Shown: in pieces, positions 38,302-49,558 of the stretch | How the letters are laid out: each line of letters starts with the position of its first letter | Numbering within the stretch: position 1 is the first letter of the stretch | From: Octopus sinensis | Taxonomy: Eukaryota | Assembly (NCBI RefSeq): GCF_006345805.1 | Contig: NC_042999.1 | Location: 129,890,001 to 129,954,000 of the forward strand | Direction of reading: 5' to 3' | DNA length: 64,000 bases | Notes under the pieces: model-generated | What the model was told of the DNA's origin: nothing | Seen by the model: the letters and a program-made list of their open reading frames with translations, nothing else | The model's database searches: none | Made by a program: the position numbers and the translations under genes

Positions 38302-39808
38302 CTGATGAGTGTAACATGATTTCACTTCACATCTCTAGAATTTTTTTTTATTCCATACACTTATGGCATTATAAGCATTTCTTATGTAATAGACATGGTT
38401 ATGGTATAAGTCATGGTTTACCTGAAACAGCCATCAAGATGTATCTGTGTGTGTGTATATATATATATATATGTATGTATGTGTATGTATATATATGTGT
38501 GTGTATATGTATATATCTGTGTATGCATGTGTATATATGTATATATCTATGTATACATATGTGTGTGTGTGTATATATATTTGATCTGGCAGAGTTTCTA
38601 CAGCAGGATTCCCCTCCTAATGCCAACCACTCCGAAAATGTAGTGGGTGCTTTTATGTGCCACCGGCAAGAGGGCCAGTCAAGCAGTACTGGCAACGGCC
38701 ACGCGCAATATATATGTATATATATGTGTGTGTGTGTATATATATATGAGAAATTACATAAGATGTTAATTTTAAATTATCTAAAATACATACTGCTATT
38801 AAAGTTTTCAGAAATAGAAGCACAACAAAACTAAACAAGAGTACAAGCTTAATTCATTTTACATTGTAAGGAAGAAAGAGAAGAGTTCAGTGTTTCAGAT
38901 GGTTGTCCTTCATTGACGAAAAGTAGAGAAGAAAAGACAAGCTGTAGTAAAACTGCATTATTCTAAAGACTACATGGTATTGAATGAATGATATAGAGAA
39001 TTGGTAATATGAAATGTTAAGTCACAGAAAAAATGGTTTGTCAAGGAAAATGATGAGTGATAATAGAGGTGTGTGAGTGTATGTAGTGGGTATATGTGGC
39101 TGTTATTGAAGAAGCACAATAGCAAGTGTTTGTGTGGTGCCTGTCGCTGTGTAGTTTCAGTGATTGGCAACATAGAGATGTGTTATTTATTCAACACCAT
39201 CAAAACCTTGCAGTAACAGTTTTACTACTTCTGCAGAAATTTATTTTCCTTCTTTCTTCTTTGTGTTTTCCTCATTGAGAGACGATTAATTGAAATATTA
39301 TGCTCTCCTCTGTCTCTCCCTTACAGCATAAGATTAATTACCTTATACTTTTTTTTTTTAATTTCTGGTAGCGTAACATTCATTATTTTATTACCCACCG
39401 ATGCAAATCCCAACTTGACACCAAATTGAACTTATTGTACTACCATTAATCTATCATGCAGCTAAAATTCTAAAAGAAAGTGGTTAAATGAAATTTAATG
39501 AATTATTTCTTTATGCCAATTTTAAATTGAATTCTTAAATAAAAATTCTTTAATTTTTCATTTCTTTGTTTTCTTTTTTTATTTATATATATATATATAT
39601 CTTGATGGTACTGTATTTTCTTTGTTATAATTCTAAAAGACTTTATATTTAGTAATTTTTTTAAATAGATTTTCGTTATATTTATTTATTATGGTTAAGC
39701 TTGCTTTGCAACTACACGGCACCTTGAGCAAGTGTCTTCTACTATAGTTCCAGGTGATCCAATGCCTTGTGAATGAATCTGGGAGACAGATGCACACACA
39801 CATATATA

Positions 39809-40295
39809 CAGGGGTTGGACAAAATAATGGGAACACCTTAAAATTTCAAACAAATTTATTTTAATATGGGGTAGGACTGCCTTTGGCAGTAATTACAGTT
39901 TGAATTCTACGCGGTATGGACTCGTACAAACTTTAAATCGTTTCCAAAGGAATTTTTGTCCATTTTTCAGCTAAAACAGTCTCCAGTTCTCACAGTGATG
40001 ATGGTGGAAGATATTGACTCCTTACCTTGTTTTTCTAAAATGCACCATAAATGTTCAAAAATATTGAGATCTGGTGGCTAGATAAGATGCCCAACTTCAC
40101 TAGAATGTTCCTTGTGCCATTCAGGAACAACTTTAGCTGTGTGAATTGGTGCATTATCATCCTGAAACAGTTCCGCAACCATAAGATGAATCTGATCAGA
40201 TAAAATGCTTAGTCTTGACTATTAACTCTGCCATGAAGGGAAACTATTGGGCTGGCGGATTTCCAAGATATAGAAAATCATCACAGATCCTCCAC
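39809..40295 (-). mobile_element. Truncated second copy of the Tc1 element at 23008-24288
   Basis: TA|CAGGGGTTGGACAAAATAATGG TIR and colinear 3' transposase sequence; interrupted by a SINE at ~40296-40435. Confidence 0.9.
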
Positions 40296-40825
40296 AGGTA
40301 TTCATTTTATTGATCCTGAAAGGATGAAAGGCAAAGTTGACCTTGGTGGAATTTGACATCAGAACATAAGGGCGGACAAAATGCCATGAAGCATTTTGCC
40401 TGGCGTGCTAACAATTCTGCCAGCTCACTGCCTAAATTACTGAAAAATGTATATAGGGTGGTGTAAAACTACTAGTAGCACCCTCCAAGCTGGTTTTGAA
40501 GACAACTGAGAAAGGTAACAAAACATTCATCAGTTATAATATAGAGTCACTGCTGCTTAGAGTGGTAATTTTGCATAGTTCTGGTGTCTACTAGATGTAT
40601 GTAGCCATTCACAAATGTTTTAATAATGAAATGGCCAAGCACTTGTAAAATATGAACTGTCAATTATTTACCTGTCAGTCTGATAGACATATATATCAAA
40701 TGTCAATATCAGCTTCATTTTTAGAAATAATAACTTTCACTTTCAATAAACCACAAATATTAGAAACAGTGAAATATAGATATAAACTATGGCAAGACAC
40801 AACAACATAATAACTTTGACAAGTA

Positions 40826-41032
40826 CTGTATTTTCCAGCATAAAAGTTGACTGTTTTGGACCAAAATTTACAGCCAAAAAAGATAGGTTTACTTATACAC
40901 CAAGACAAATTTGGAGGACAAGAAATTCCATGTGAAATGCAACAGGGTTTGGAAAGCTAGTGATGATGACTGAATGTTTACTCTACATTTATACATTATA
41001 TGCTATATTGACTTGTACACTGGAAAATATGG
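40826..41032. mobile_element. pogo/Tc2-type MITE
   Basis: TA|CTGTATTTTCCAGCATAAAAGTTGAC ... TTGACTTGTACACTGGAAAATATGG imperfect TIRs. Confidence 0.65.
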
Positions 41033-42990
41033 AATATATCTTTTGAAAACAAGAGAAAAACAAAGCTGTAATGATCAATTGCTTAATTTTGAAATTGTTA
41101 TTAAAAAGTATGTTAAAAGGTAATTATTACTTAGTTCTGATGAAATTCAATCCTTTTGTGGATCTAGTCCAATGTATCTTTGCTTTTTTTTTTTTTAGTA
41201 AGGTGTGATTTGATAGAAATTTAGCTGCTATGTCTAGCAGGTCAAGTAATCATGTAGAGGCCCTCTCATTGATTTTGGTGTTTTCAAAAGTATATTTTAT
41301 AGGTATACTCAACATGTTTAAGTCTTGGAAAGAACAGCTTAGAAGAAGAAAAAAACACAAGAAAATACAGAAAGAAATGTTTATCATACAAATGTATATA
41401 TTTAAATTACAATGATGATATTCATTTAACAGAAACAAACAATTGTCCTGAGATTTGAATCTTGTCATAAATGATAACCTGTTGAAATAAATTGCTTTGA
41501 TTGTTGCACATGTTCCTTTTTATAAAAGATGGGAGTCTGGTTGAGTGAACTCACTATAGGATTACATTAAGGATTATACTATTGAATGTAGAAGATCGAG
41601 AGACAAAACTGAATCTGCCAGGATATGAACTTAGAAAAATGAAGCCTCAGAGAGTAAAGCTTTAGTTTAATTCTCTCTTGCCTTAGCTATCTCTTCAATC
41701 CTAAATAGATTGCTAAAATAGTATTTAATATGAACATGAAACTTGATGCCATTATAAGTTATGATGGTCATGCCTTTCACAAGGGCACTATAAATAAATT
41801 AAATGGCTCTGAGCTGGAACTGAAATTACGAGATCATTTTTATCCTGAATTACTCTCAAGGACAAAATAAAAGCAGAAACACATAATTATAAGACACTGA
41901 CATAGACACAAAGATATTCAAAGCTACATCTAAAATATGATTGCAAATCTCTAAGTGGATATAACAGCATCATATTGAAGCTAATCATTAATTTTCAGTC
42001 CTCTTTGAGTCAATTAAAACAAAAATTAATCTATCCCTCATATACTTATCAATCCTCTCTAACTTTGAAACTCACAACAAAACAGATTTTCCTTTATTTT
42101 ATTTGGATAAAGGTAAGTAAGTTGAGAAATTTATATTAAGTGTTATAGAGTCATGATAAAATAAAGGCCATTTTAGTGTATAAATTTACAAAATTGCGAC
42201 AATGATGAAAAAGAATTTATCATGAGAGTTGGTCCATTGCTTGTTGTTGGGGTTTTAATTAAATAGATAATAGCTCAAAATGACATACCAAAGTGAAAAT
42301 ATTAGATCTTTTGTTTTGGTAACAATTTTCACTTTTCCCTGTATGAATTGGTGACAACTACTGCAATCTTTTGCTATCTCTTTCTGGCAGCTTAGCTCCC
42401 TTACTTTCTAATTTTCATTCAAGCTTAGTCTTTCTTGCATGTTAGCTGTCACTTACACTCACTCTCTTATGCTGGATGCCTCTTCCCATTATGCTAACTA
42501 CCTTTCGCTCTTTCATACATTCACAACCAATATTCTTTTCCTGGGCCTGGTGCAGCCTTCTGGCTTCACAGACCCAGTTGAACCATCCAACCCATGCTAG
42601 CATGGAAAGTGGACACTAAACGAGGATGATGATGGTGATGACTCTAGGCACAAGGCCCAGAATTTTTAGGGAGTGGTGGGGACAGTTGATTAGATCAACC
42701 CCAGTACACAACTGGTACTTAAGGCAAAGTTGACCTCAGCAGAATTTGAAATTCACAACCAATATTATAACATGATTATTAGGGCAAGTTAATTTCTTCA
42801 TCACAAAATGTTTGGATCTATTTTGTGTTAGCTGTAACACACGAACATGCCTTGCTTACCAACTTCATAGCCTTTAGGCCATGAGATCAATGCTGTAAAC
42901 TATTTAACCACTATGCCTTTATTAAAAGAATTTAAAAAATGATGTGATTGGTGAATGATAACATAATGACTGAATTAAAGAAAGAGAAAC

Positions 42991-43030
42991 AATTCTTTTA
43001 AACCAACAGAAAAGTTGGTTTAAAAGAATT
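42991..43030. repeat. Perfect 17-bp inverted repeat with 6-nt loop
   Basis: AATTCTTTTAAACCAAC-AGAAAA-GTTGGTTTAAAAGAATT. Confidence 0.9.
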
Positions 43031-43849
43031 CTCTGATAATCATGAAAAGTGGTTTCCTTCATAAAGTAGTGACTTGCAGGTCCAAATCCTACTCATTTTA
43101 AGTAAGCTGCAGGTAGGGACCAAAATCACTTCTAATCTTGATTCCTTATTCTATTTTAACATTGGCAACTGTGCTAACAGTCATAGAAGATACAAAGATG
43201 ACTTAAGCCATGATTTGAACTAAAAATTATAAGGCACTGAACCTAGTATCATAAATTAGCTGATGCTCAAGCATTGACTCGTGGCACTTTAATATTTGAA
43301 AGACAAGATGAAATTTTATACAATAAGAACAAACCTGATCACCGAGTTCCATCCATATTGCTTTACTTTAGTTGTGTGGTGGGGAAATATAGTGTAATTT
43401 CATGTTCTCAATTGTATATTAAATTAGCTTTTGAGCAAACAATATCAGGACACAAATTTTGGAAAGAAATTGCCTGAAGATCTTGTTTATTTTATGTATG
43501 ATACAAAAAGAAATGTGCAGTCTTCCATTCAAATAATAATAGGGATCTGAATGATATTTTAGAAAACAGAAGTGGTGGGTCATTTAACCGTGAACTTTTT
43601 CATAATCAATAATGTCTACATGTTAATGCTGAATAAATAGATCCTTGAGTTTACAGTGAGCACAAAAAAGAGAAACATTATGAATTATTCTAGAATAAAT
43701 CATCGAAAACTTGTTTAGTATAAATTAGCAATAAATTAATTTTAAAAACATTTCAATCTAATGTCTGGTATTTTCAAAATAAAGTTGGAGAAATTTTGAA
43801 TTTTTTAGGAATGTAACAAAAATTTTGGAATAAAATGTAATCACCATTA

Positions 43850-45871
43850 TCAGCGATTTTTGTCTTTGTTTGTCAAGGGGAGAAGGTCTTTAACAGGGAA
43901 ACCATGAATAACCAACAATACTGTTGCCATGGCAACAAAAGGGCTTATGAGGAGCCATTGAAGATCATGTAAGATAAGTTTATTAAATCTGACTGGGAAA
44001 CAATCTTCAAATATCTGTCCATGATGATTAGTCATTGAAACAACTATGTGTCCTTGACTTGGCTCTAGCCAAACAGGCACAGTCAAGGAATGATAACCAG
44101 TTATGTTATATACTGATGTAGCTAACAAGTTATTGCCATAGTAAACATGAACTGTGTACTTCTTAGTTTTGTCATAAATTATTGGATCAACAATCTGGAA
44201 TTCTAAATTAAAAGAACTACCCATAACGTCTTTCATTTCCTTGGTATGACTATTAACTTCGATTGAAGGCTTGTGCAAAAGGTATGTGAAATCGTTTGGA
44301 GTTTTAGTTTCTGAGGGTAGAACAGTCAGTTTAGCAATATCCATTGCATAATCTTCATTATCATCCATAAAGTTTTGAGAAAGACTTAAACATATAAGAG
44401 TACCATCTCTGGTAGCAGCTAATAGTTCCATATTGTTTGTCTGAGGAACAAGATCATGTGATAATGTTTGAACAAGGGATGTTTCTCCAATATTGAAATG
44501 TGAACTACATTCTGTATCTGGGCCTAAAATGTACATATTTCCATCTTCGGTGAGTGTAAAAAACAAGGCTTTTGTATCATCATGAATTAGACTGAGAAGG
44601 ATATTTGCATGAATTGGGCTGTTCAGATGTAAAGGGTACCCACTGAAAACACTACCATTATTGCCATGTAACACATAAATATCACCGACATCAGTTGTTA
44701 CCAAGATTTCCACATGATCATCACCATTGATATCTGCAAGACGAGTTCCTGGAGAAGAATTTCCTGAAATTTCAGATTCCCATAATGTTTTACCCAATCT
44801 ATCCAAACAAGCAATGTTACCTCCAGTGTCGATAGCAATAATTTCCAGCATACCATCACTATTAACATCTCCAATTGTTAGCTGTCCATGAAGGGTATCA
44901 AATGGTATAGGGAAACCGGTTCTAATTATACCATTGGCTTCAATTACATAAAGTTTTCCAGACGATGTGCCAGTAACAGTCTCCAAATGACTGTCATTGC
45001 TATCTAAATCAATCACAGTAGGAGAAAAGAGAATGTAGGCTGGGAAATTAGCTGTCAACTGTGACAACTCAAGGAATATTGTATTCATAATTTGCATACT
45101 GGTTAGATTGAGATAAACAATACCACCAACAAGATATTTTTCCAGCTCTGTGATGGAAATATTTTTCTTTTCGATGTTGAAATGCTCGGATGCTCTGTAT
45201 TCATCTTCATCATAGAAATAACTTACAGGTATTACAATTTCTTCTCTTCGACCGTCCCTGTTTAAATCAGCTATAATTGGTGTCGCTAGGACGTGTGGCG
45301 ATACAGGGACATAAGCAGATTTAACTCCTGATGACACTTCGGCTTTCACATAATTAGCAATGTTATCGGTTGAAGCAATAACTACTTTTTGATACCAGGT
45401 CTTTAGAACGTACGAGGATGGAAGTTGGTGGTACTTTTTCATTCGCGTGCCATTGGACGTGTAGAAAAATAACTCTCCTGAACTTGTACAGAATAACAAA
45501 TCTAACATACCATCGCCATCTGCATCGTATTGTAAAGGACTAGCATAAATTGAGCTGTGAAGATTCTGAACTGGCCAAAGAGAGTCTGGCATATGTTGCC
45601 CAGTCTGAGCGTCTAAAACAGTAATACTTTCTGAGAATGGTGCTGCCACTATATTTAATTTGCCGTCGCCATTTACATCAGCTATTAAAGGAGGCGCAGC
45701 AAAAGGAGTATTTGCAACTTCCCGCATCCATATTTTCTGAATATCATATCCACAGTCTGGCTTCATTGAATTGACGGAATCATAAGAAACAGCAAGAAGT
45801 ACTCGATCTAACACGAAAATAATAGCTGATAACCATACGTAAATAAACGGACGTGAAATGGCCACCGCCAT
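43850..45871 (-). CDS. Intronless FG-GAP/beta-propeller type I membrane protein, DEX1-like (plant DEFECTIVE IN EXINE FORMATION 1), 673 aa
   Basis: Signal peptide; six DxDxDG-like Ca2+ loops (DVNGDG, DADGDG, DLNRDG, DLDSND, DVNSDG, DINGDD); C-terminal TM WLLISPFVAMATVLLVI. Motifs colinear with plant DEX1 as I recall it: PLIADVN.DG, ASPLQYD, HVLATPIIAD, VSYFYD..EY, KYLVGGIV, PAYILFSPTVIDLD, NIGETS. Confidence 0.9.
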   Translation of the reverse strand: MAVAISRPFIYVWLSAIIFVLDRVLLAVSYDSVNSMKPDCGYDIQKIWMREVANTPFAAPPLIADVNGDGKLNIVAAPFSESITVLDAQTGQHMPDSLWPVQNLHSSIYASPLQYDADGDGMLDLLFCTSSGELFFYTSNGTRMKKYHQLPSSYVLKTWYQKVVIASTDNIANYVKAEVSSGVKSAYVPVSPHVLATPIIADLNRDGRREEIVIPVSYFYDEDEYRASEHFNIEKKNISITELEKYLVGGIVYLNLTSMQIMNTIFLELSQLTANFPAYILFSPTVIDLDSNDSHLETVTGTSSGKLYVIEANGIIRTGFPIPFDTLHGQLTIGDVNSDGMLEIIAIDTGGNIACLDRLGKTLWESEISGNSSPGTRLADINGDDHVEILVTTDVGDIYVLHGNNGSVFSGYPLHLNSPIHANILLSLIHDDTKALFFTLTEDGNMYILGPDTECSSHFNIGETSLVQTLSHDLVPQTNNMELLAATRDGTLICLSLSQNFMDDNEDYAMDIAKLTVLPSETKTPNDFTYLLHKPSIEVNSHTKEMKDVMGSSFNLEFQIVDPIIYDKTKKYTVHVYYGNNLLATSVYNITGYHSLTVPVWLEPSQGHIVVSMTNHHGQIFEDCFPVRFNKLILHDLQWLLISPFVAMATVLLVIHGFPVKDLLPLTNKDKNR

Positions 45872-46335
45872 CTTTTATTTGAAATTGGCTCCCTTGCTAA
45901 TAAAGCTACTGAGAGTTATTTCTCTTTATTCGATCATTACAAGTCTAAAATACTAAGAGTAGAAATTAATATTATTAAATAATATCAATTTCAACTAGTG
46001 GTCAGCATAATTAAAAATGTCCGCAGATTGTGAATTCTATTTAAATATAAATAATATGAGAGATCACTACGTGTATCAGTTGTATGCTAGAAATAGACGT
46101 CAAACAGTCTTACCACTAAATCTGTGTTCTCAACTTAGTAAGACGCTGGATGTTTATGAGCTAGACAAATGAAAAGAAATAAAGTTCTTTTTGGTTATCT
46201 CACCCCCATTAAAACACTGGCATTAAAAATGGGGTTATCTCCCATATATACAAACCAGTGAGCTTTATATATGTCCTATCTTATTAATTTTTCTTGAGAT
46301 TAATTTACATTTAGGACATTTTAAGAAGTAATATA

Positions 46336-46477
46336 GGATCTTTTCCTTTTGAACGGCACAAGAAAGCCAAGAGAAAAAAATATTTTATTTTGACACATTC
46401 TACCAGTATACAAAGTTTTAAAGTGTTTAGTTAACTAGAAATTGAGTTGACATGTGCCGTTCAAAAGGAAAAGATCC
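46336..46477. mobile_element. 142-bp MITE with 25-bp perfect TIRs, ~460 bp upstream of the DEX1-like ATG
   Basis: GGATCTTTTCCTTTTGAACGGCACA ... TGTGCCGTTCAAAAGGAAAAGATCC, TA-flanked. Confidence 0.85.
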
Positions 46478-46874
46478 GTAATATAAATATTACCTTCATA
46501 ATATAAAACAAACATAGCAATTTTAAAAATTTGTTGTAGAGTTAAATCTTAATAAATATTCTCTTTTGATGAAAGCTTTTTCGAAGATTGTTCAGTCGGG
46601 AAGAATCCATTTGCAAACATACACTCACATACATATATATTCCAGCTTTTCAACCTCGTCAACCACAAACGCCAGCCTGTGTGTGTAAATATGCATGTGT
46701 GTGTATGTTTGTATGTATATATATGTATAAGTATGAAATCTTTTTTATGATTATAAAAATCGTTACAGAGATAGTACATTACAATACAAAACATAATTAC
46801 AAAAAGTTTACGTCGTTCGTTTGATATTTACATATGATGATTATTGATTATGATACTAGACTTTACTTTTCTCC

Positions 46875-48105
46875 TTTTTTTTTTTTTTAATTAAAAATGA
46901 TTTTGGCCAGATAGGTATATCACAGTCAGGTTTCTTACCCGACAGCCTAAGAGCCCAGAGACTATTTTCTCCTTTCATGATGACCAAGCAGGGTTACTCA
47001 CACCCACCTTTTTTATCACATCCTTCCATCGATTCACATACTTTTTCTGTGTCAGGTTCTTCTTCTCCAAATCCATCTTGCTCTTTAGATGGTATCTGAA
47101 GTATTTTAACATACCATATCCAGAGACAAAGGATCCTGACACCAAACCTTCCAATCTAGTTCTCCACACACACTCTTTCAGTACTGCCACCGTACAGTGA
47201 AAACAAGCCTCACCTTCCTTTGAGAGTCCAGCTGGCGGTATCATCTTTATTATAGAACCAGCCGATAGCTGTACTCGTCCCAGATGCGACAACACGTGTT
47301 CTACGTAATTTATTAAGCCTGACAGCTCCTGGCAATGTACAAAAGCGTGCTGAACGGTTTCATCGTCCAACCCACATCTTGGACATGTCGGTGGCACTGA
47401 CATTCCATGCCTATATAACTTATCGCGAACAGGTAGAGCATTCCTATAGCACTGCCAAGTCAGGGATTTTTGGTCATTGTCCAAATACCCCGGCTTGAAA
47501 GTCTTCTTAAACAAGTCGGATAGTTGATCCTCATCGAACCCCAGAGCCCCTCTTAGGATGTCGTCATTTTTTGCCTCTACCATCCTTCTATAAAATGTCG
47601 AGGTGGTATTCCCGCAGCCGGCTTTGCCTATCTTGTGGATCAGCCAGAGTGCCTGTCGGCACTCTTTCTGCCATAAAGTCAGATTCCGTCTTTTAATGAA
47701 ACCGGGTTTAAATCTCTCCATAGAGTCCGGTCGCGGGAAGAATTTATCTGCCAGCGGACTCCACACCTTATCACCTTCCAGGTGAAACCAGAGATGTCTC
47801 AGTCTCAGCGCATGCCTGCGCATCATTAACCAAGGCATCCCCAGCACACCCTTTAGTGGTTCCTGGCAACACACGGAGCGCCTTACAAGTGGCTTTCCCC
47901 ACTTCCACAAAAAGCGGAAAAGGAGTCGATCCAACTTGCTTAGCCACAAATCGGGGCAAGGCACGACGGTCAGGCGATAGGTGATGACAGATGCTATAAA
48001 CACCTGTACCACCTCCGCCCTCCCTTTCAGTATAAGTATGCACCCATACCATTGCTTCTTTTCCTTGTTTCTGTAGTTGTTCTCGTAACTCTCGTCAAAG
48101 TTCAC
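46875..48105 (-). mobile_element. L1/Tx1-clade non-LTR retrotransposon, ORF2 C-terminal part (post-RT region plus zf-RVT), ORF 48105-46975
   Basis: LKGRAEV..VFIASVITYRL, RFLWKW...GVLGMP, ALPVRDKL, zinc knuckle CPRCGLDDETVQHAFVHC; minus-strand A-run at 46875-46888 may be the poly(A) tail; no YADD or endonuclease region. Confidence 0.88.
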
Positions 48106-48229
48106 GTTCTTACTTTCATATTCTTTGATTTCTTTCGTTTTTCTCTTATCTCCCTAGGGAATTCGTTGACAAGCTTCTTTCATTTACTTTCTTCGTTTCC
48201 TTTAAATCTATTTACTCTCTTTTTCATTT

Positions 48230-48635
48230 TACTCTTTTTACTTGTTTCAGTCATTTGACTGCGGCCATGCTGGAGCACCGCCTTTAGTCGAGCAAATCGA
48301 CCCCGGGACTTATTCTTTGTAAGCCCAGTACTTATTCTATCGGTCTCTTTTGCCGAACCGCTAAGTGACGGGGACGTAAACACACCAGCATCGGTTGCCA
48401 AGCAATGCTAGGGGAACAAACACAGACACACAAACATATTCACACACACTTATATATATATACATATATACGACAGGCTTCCTTCAGTTTCCGTCTACCA
48501 AATCCACTCACAAGGCATTGGTCGGCCCGGGGCTATAGCAGAAGACACTTGCCCAAGATGCCACGCAGTGGGACTGAACCCGGAACCATGTGGTTGGTTA
48601 GCAAGCTACTTACCAAACAGCCACTCCTGCGCCTA
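48230..48635 (-). mobile_element. Well-preserved full-length SINE
   Basis: Minus head AGGCGCAGGAGTGGCTGTTTGGTAAGTAGCTTGC...GGGTTCAGTCCCACTGCGTGGC, central (TG/TA) tract, tail CAGTCAAATGACTGAAACAAGTAAAAAGAGTAAAA; near copy at 62380-62773. Confidence 0.88.
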
Positions 48636-48745
48636 TTTAAGGTACACCTTCGTGTTTTTTTTGCCTCGTCTGGCTTGTGGGCCGCTTAATCTCATGGGCC
48701 TTGGACCGCTGCCCTGACTGACCACCTCATCTTAGTGGAACTATA

Positions 48746-48784
<39 letters not shown>

Positions 48785-48914
48785 TCTCATATATATATAT
48801 ATTTATATATATAACTTTTTTTTTTAAAGTTCCTGTCGATAATGGTTATATTTACATACCGAAATCTACCCGAAAATAATTGTTTTGTTTTTTTTAAATT
48901 AATAATTATTTACC

Positions 48915-48953
<39 letters not shown>

Positions 48954-48980
48954 TAGAAAACCCCCCACCTTTTATCAATT

Positions 48981-49222
48981 CAAAATGAACAATTAAATTA
49001 CACCATCTAGAAAATTACATATAATAGAAAAATTAGAATTAAAATAACAATAAAATGTCAAAGATTAAGTAAATTGCAAAAAATAATAATAAAAACGTAT
49101 ATAATAGGTTTTATTATTATTTTTTGCAATTTACTTAATCCTTGACATTTTATTGTTATTTTAATTTTAATTTTTCTATTATATGTAATTTTCTAGATGG
49201 TATAATTTAATTGTTCATTTTG
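48981..49222. repeat. Long near-perfect palindrome, ~115-bp arms, ~11-nt loop
   Basis: CAAAATGAACAATTAAATTACACCATCTAGAAAATTACATATAATAG... is mirrored by ...CTATTATATGTAATTTTCTAGATGGTATAATTTAATTGTTCATTTTG with only a few mismatches. Confidence 0.92.
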
Positions 49223-49558
49223 GCTTTCATTGACATGGAGAAAGCCTTTGTCAGGGTCCCCCAATCCCTTATCTGGTGGACAATGCGAAAACTAGGGATA
49301 GATGAGTGGTTGGTGAAAGCTGTACAAGCCATGTACAGGGATGCTGTCAGTAAGGTGAGGATTGGCAATGAGTATAGTGAAGAATTCTAGGTAGAAGTAG
49401 AGGTTCACTATGGATCAGTCCTCAGCCCCCTCTTATTCAGCATAGTCCTCCAGGCAATAATGGAGAAATTCAAGACAGGCTACCTCTGGGAGCTCCTCTA
49501 TGCTGATGACCTTGCTCTAATAGCTGAGTCACTACCAGAACTAGAGAAGTTTCAGGTG
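49223..49558 (+). mobile_element. RTE-type LINE reverse transcriptase core fragment
   Basis: AFIDMEKAFVRVP...GSVLSPLLFSIVL...ELLYADDLALIA, with an internal stop. Confidence 0.9.
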
